This document shows positions 17,469-21,163 of a DNA stretch of 21,163 nt, piece by piece. The DNA is from Bdellovibrionota bacterium (lineage in GTDB: Bacteria > Bdellovibrionota_C > UBA2361 > JBGSMV01), in contig JBIKWF010000073.1 of assembly GCA_044356455.1 (NCBI GenBank), forward strand, positions 1-21,163, given 5' to 3'. How positions within the stretch are numbered: position 1 is the stretch's first letter; the number at the start of each line of letters is the position of its first letter. The notes below the pieces were generated by a model. The model did no database searches and was not told the DNA's origin. It was given only the letters and a program-made list of their open reading frames with translations. A program made the position numbers and the translations under genes.

Positions 17469-17643
17469 GGCGCGCCGTTCCGCCTCTGCCAGTAGGCGAC
17501 GGCGCGACGCGCGCCCCGGCGTGCCGAAACAAACGCCGCAAGGTATCCATGACGGCAGCAATTGCCCAATCAGCAAGTGGGTAAAAACAAGATCAGTGCG
17601 AGGACGAGAGATCTCACGGCGCCGGAGAGACCCGGCGCCCTAC
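17465..17643. repeat. GTAG-type REP doublet spanning exactly from one stop codon to the other
   Basis: Forward arm 17465-17526 carries a loop insertion. Reverse arm CGGCGCCGGAGAGACCCGGCGCCCTAC at 17617-17643. Confidence 0.85.
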
Positions 17644-18824
17644 CTTGCCGTCAATCGTTCAAGGGCCTTCGAAAGCTCCTCAAACGTGACAACTTTGCTG
17701 TTCTGAAATACGCCGCTACCTTGAGGAGAAACAATCCAGCGCTCCACAATGTTGAGTCTCAATGATTCTAATAAGCGCATCTGCGAGGTCGTTAAATCTT
17801 GCGGCGTCGCCTTAACCTCTATGGCGACATAACGCTGATTCGGGAGCTGGACCAAAAGATCGATTTCGACCTTCTCTTTCGTGCGAACATAATTGAGCTG
17901 CGGCAACTGACCACGGTTGATGAAGAACTTAGCGATTTCGCTTACTGCTATATTCTCGAGAAGAGGCCCCCAGCTTGGGCTTACCATCAGAGGAGCTATT
18001 TCTGTCCAACCCTGCAGTCGAGTCGCTAGCGCGACATCCTCGAAGTAGAACTTAGGGGCCTTGATCAATCGCTGGTTTAAATTCGTGTAGTAAGGTTGTA
18101 ACCGCCTGAGTATCCCGTTTTCTTCGAGTAACGATACCCAAGATTGAACTGTAGTCACGTCCGCCGATACGTTTGCTGCAACATCAGAAAAGTTAAAGAG
18201 CTGCCCCACTCGCCCCGCAGTCAATCCAAGACATTTTGTGAATGCAGCTTTTCTCTCAATCCCAGCGGAATTCACAATGTCCCTCTCAATAAAGGAGGCG
18301 ATTAAGTCGTTAAGATAGCGGGAAACGGATAACTGCTCGGACACGTACAGCTCTGGCCATCCACCCCTAAATAAATAATCACTCAATCGATAACGCTGCT
18401 TAAGTTCCTCAATCGATAGCCCAGCGAGATCTAGGAAACTGGCGCGTCCCGCTAGCGATTCGCGAATCTCCCTTTGGAGTAGCGTTTGATTGGAGCCAGT
18501 TATCCAAACATCGAGCTCGCTGATGTTCTTACTTTCTAACCGAGCCGCGTCTACACGCCTCTTCAGCTCGGGGAATAGAGCGGGAGCAAACGGGGCTTCA
18601 TCGAGAATGACTTTGCTCGGTAGCTGCTCAAGGAAAAGTCGCGGATTCTCTTCTGCTCGAATCCTGGTCGCCGCATCATCAAAGTAAAAAACTTCATGGG
18701 TTCCTAGGTGCTGCAATAATGATGTTTTTCCGACTTGCCTAGGACCACGCAGAACTTTAATGGGAAGCATTGAGTGTATGCTTCCCGACTGCAAGAACGA
18801 CTGCAAATTCCTTTCAATCCACAT
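17640..18824 (-). CDS. AAA+ ATPase (AAA_14 + DUF4143 type) with C-terminal PD-(D/E)xK-like motif
   Basis: Walker A GPRQVGKT, Walker B VILDE, ITGSN, ESLAGR, GGWPE, KAPKFYFED, and C-terminal EIDLL...AIEVK. Confidence 0.88.
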   Translation of the reverse strand: MWIERNLQSFLQSGSIHSMLPIKVLRGPRQVGKTSLLQHLGTHEVFYFDDAATRIRAEENPRLFLEQLPSKVILDEAPFAPALFPELKRRVDAARLESKNISELDVWITGSNQTLLQREIRESLAGRASFLDLAGLSIEELKQRYRLSDYLFRGGWPELYVSEQLSVSRYLNDLIASFIERDIVNSAGIERKAAFTKCLGLTAGRVGQLFNFSDVAANVSADVTTVQSWVSLLEENGILRRLQPYYTNLNQRLIKAPKFYFEDVALATRLQGWTEIAPLMVSPSWGPLLENIAVSEIAKFFINRGQLPQLNYVRTKEKVEIDLLVQLPNQRYVAIEVKATPQDLTTSQMRLLESLRLNIVERWIVSPQGSGVFQNSKVVTFEELSKALERLTAR

Positions 18825-18825
18825 A

Positions 18826-18862
18826 GTTGACTATATTAGGATATCACCCATATCCGGTCAAC
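18826..18862 (-). promoter_or_regulatory. Sigma70-type promoter with palindromic operator-like sequence; probably leaderless transcript
   Basis: Minus strand TTGACC-GGATATGGGTGATATCC(17)-TAATAT-AGTCAACT-ATG; no SD sequence. Confidence 0.65.
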
Positions 18863-18868
18863 AGCTAG

Positions 18869-18926
18869 GTAAGGCGCCCCTCCTCTGCCAGTAGGCGACG
18901 GCACGGCAGCGCGCCCCGGAGTGCCG
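18869..18926. repeat. Solo variant REP arm, direct repeat of 17465-17526
   Basis: Shares CCTCTGCCAGTAGGCGACGGC (18882-18902 = 17483-17503) and GCGCGCCCCGG.GTGCCGAAA. Confidence 0.85.
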
Positions 18927-18948
18927 AAAAAATATACAGAAAGAAGTC

Positions 18949-21163
18949 TTAGCTAGTCGTCTTGGGGTCTTCTTCCCCAACTATGTGAACATCAGTAAGG
19001 CCACGTTTTGCGGCAGGCCCACTAGGAGGCGCGTCATCTTTCTTCTTCGCAGAGGAACTCGCAGAAGCCAAAGCCGCCTCATCAAGCTTTTTAACTCGCT
19101 TAACCCTCTTGTCCTCATCAAGCCGATAGAACTCAATCAAATCAGCAATCATCTTCTGGTATGAGGCGTCTGGATCTTGTGAAATGGATTTATAAAAGGA
19201 AACGCCAGGCTGATCCTCTGACTGAAATCGACCAACAATTCCAGCCGAAGCCGTCGGACTGGACGGCAGAAGCAATAGCAAAGCCCCTGGGCTCTTCGCA
19301 TCTGAAGTATTTACCTGAGGAAGAGTCACTTCTATAAAGCTAAAGGTTGTTCCTTCTGAGCCTGAATTGGGCAAAGCCTTAACAATTTCCGGAGTGGCAT
19401 CCCTCTCAGGTCCCCCAGAAATTCCCATAGAACGAAGCATGGAAGAAACGGCTTTTCTATCGCCGTATACATTCTCAAAAGATTTGTCGTTGAGCAGCTT
19501 CTTGAATACGTCGTAGTCACCATACTTTTTGACAACGTCGGACTTAAAGAGCGTCTCACTAATTAAGTGGAACGAGAACTTAGTCCCCTTCCAACTCTTC
19601 GCAAAACCAGGGACAGGGACTTCAATCTCTTTGAGACTAGTCGCCACCATATCCGATGCGTTACGGCCCTTCACGAATTTGGATCCGTCTAATTTACCAC
19701 TGACAACGGTATGGTCACCAAAATTGTACTCTTCAAAGATTGCCTTGGGGCAAGACAAAGTCGCCGAGGTAGTTCCCTTCGGATCGTCAATAATTAGCTT
19801 CTTGAAAACGATACCTTCGCCTTCAATTCGAAGCACCGAGTTCTTCGCTTGAAGCGAGATCTCAGCCCCAGGCGCGCAGCGCAAACTAAGTCCAACTTTT
19901 TCGACTTCTTTCTGTACAACAAACTTTTGTACTCGAAACGCTTCATTGGTCGTGAGGTGACGAACATAGTCGTTGCTTATGGGGTGGTAAGGAGTCGCTG
20001 AAGGAAGATCCTTAAGAAGAAGCTCTCTCTTTGCTTCATCCAAACTTTCGAACTTAGCGAGAGCTTCTTTAGCAACTTGAACTACAATCTCGCTGCCCTG
20101 AAGCACAGCTGAAAGCTCCCCGGTTCCGTCACCGCGCAGCTTGAAGCGGATGTTTGAATCAAGCACAACTCCATCAGGATTGTTTGAGCGCAGCTCTGAC
20201 ATCCAAGCTTTTTCTTCGAAATCCTCCTTGCGGCCTACCACTCCGGTTGCGCCGGGATCCTGGACAGGCGTTGAACTAGGAGCTGGCGGTGGCGTTATCG
20301 GCGGCTCTGAGCCCTTTTCTTCCTCAGCGGCTGGCGCTTTTTCGGAAGGCGCTTTCTGAGCAGTCACGTGCTTTTCGATTGCTGCCGCAACCGCAGCAAG
20401 GGCCTCCGGTGATTCCGCACCAAGAATGAGTTTGCGAACTGTCGTGTTTCCTCGCGACCTTCTCCCAAATATTTCACGAACAATGGGGCGTGAAGCTTCG
20501 ACCTCGGTCGCCGAATCCTTCATATGCTGCGGGACCTTTTCCCATACGGCAAGACGCGCCTGGTGGGCTCTTGTCATCTTGGAAAGAGGATTCGCCTTTT
20601 CGCCGTATATTGTCTTCAAGGCAGCAACTCTGGAGTCTTCCGAACGAAGACCAGCCTCAATCAACTTATTGAGGCATCTTACTGCCTCGACCTGCGCCTC
20701 CAGCCTTGGAAGCTGGTTGTTGTTAACAGACGTCTCAACAAGCTCACGGAAGGCTGAAATGAAGCCGTCTGGCAAACCACTTATGGCCCGCATTTCATTC
20801 CACACCTTCACCTGTGCAGGGAGCTGCGCGGCACGCCTGGAAAGGGCATCTAAGTCTACCCTATTAAAATCAGACTCAATTAACTGAACAATTCTCGAAT
20901 CCTCCAAGTAGAGTCCAGCCTCTTTCGCTTCACGAAGGGCCTCGAGAGCTGCGGCCTTGGATTTTGCGGCCTGCTGTTCAGCTGCACCAGCAGTAGGTTG
21001 TTCCGCGGCAGCAGCAGGTTGTTCCGCGGCAGCAGCAGGTTGTTCCGCGGCAGCAGCAGGTTGTTCCGCGGCAGCAGCAGGTTGTTCCGCGGCAGCAGCA
21101 GGTTGTTCCGCGGCAGCAGCAGGTTGTTCCGCGGCAGCAGCAGGTTGTTCCGCGGCAGCAGCA
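18949..21163 (-). CDS. Large hypothetical protein, 5' end outside the window, with AAAAEQP repeats and Pro/Ala-rich linkers
   Basis: The frame of ORF 18949-20907 stays open upstream: (AAAAEQP)n-TAGAAEQQAAKSKAAALEALREAKEAGLYLEDSR. TTG 20907 is therefore probably not the start. No family recognised. Confidence 0.8.
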   Translation of the reverse strand, partial: AAAAEQPAAAAEQPAAAAEQPAAAAEQPAAAAEQPAAAAEQPAAAAEQPAAAAEQPTAGAAEQQAAKSKAAALEALREAKEAGLYLEDSRIVQLIESDFNRVDLDALSRRAAQLPAQVKVWNEMRAISGLPDGFISAFRELVETSVNNNQLPRLEAQVEAVRCLNKLIEAGLRSEDSRVAALKTIYGEKANPLSKMTRAHQARLAVWEKVPQHMKDSATEVEASRPIVREIFGRRSRGNTTVRKLILGAESPEALAAVAAAIEKHVTAQKAPSEKAPAAEEEKGSEPPITPPPAPSSTPVQDPGATGVVGRKEDFEEKAWMSELRSNNPDGVVLDSNIRFKLRGDGTGELSAVLQGSEIVVQVAKEALAKFESLDEAKRELLLKDLPSATPYHPISNDYVRHLTTNEAFRVQKFVVQKEVEKVGLSLRCAPGAEISLQAKNSVLRIEGEGIVFKKLIIDDPKGTTSATLSCPKAIFEEYNFGDHTVVSGKLDGSKFVKGRNASDMVATSLKEIEVPVPGFAKSWKGTKFSFHLISETLFKSDVVKKYGDYDVFKKLLNDKSFENVYGDRKAVSSMLRSMGISGGPERDATPEIVKALPNSGSEGTTFSFIEVTLPQVNTSDAKSPGALLLLLPSSPTASAGIVGRFQSEDQPGVSFYKSISQDPDASYQKMIADLIEFYRLDEDKRVKRVKKLDEAALASASSSAKKKDDAPPSGPAAKRGLTDVHIVGEEDPKTTS
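20995..21163. repeat. Perfect 21-bp coding tandem repeat, at least 8 copies
   Basis: Unit AGGTTGTTCCGCGGCAGCAGC repeated 8 times (20995-21162) and continuing off the edge. Confidence 0.97.

Overview
A bacterial chromosomal window centred on aerobic phenylacetyl-CoA catabolism. paaG-paaH (paaH runs off the left edge) and paaABCD (no paaE beside it) flank a fused alpha/beta E1 plus E2 2-oxoacid dehydrogenase pair, icd, a cytoplasmic Ser/Thr kinase and a D-2-hydroxyacid dehydrogenase. A highly divergent Leu/Phe/Val-type amino acid dehydrogenase lies directly upstream of paaA. To the right are nadB, ribD, a Nudix hydrolase, an AAA_14/DUF4143-type ATPase and a large unknown protein whose perfect AAAAEQP tandem repeat runs off the right edge. 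The best candidate for a new system is a Phe -> phenylpyruvate -> phenylacetyl-CoA -> Paa route that uses a lipoate-dependent dehydrogenase and would not need PaaK (inference from gene context). Second, all ten intergenic gaps longer than about 120 bp carry palindromic elements from two families (GTAG REP/REPIN-like and 9-bp-periodic CTCTGTG/AACCAC hairpins). These are nested in one another, supply stop codons to three genes, and bracket the ATPase gene as direct repeats. All calls are by-eye motif recognition; no searches were run.
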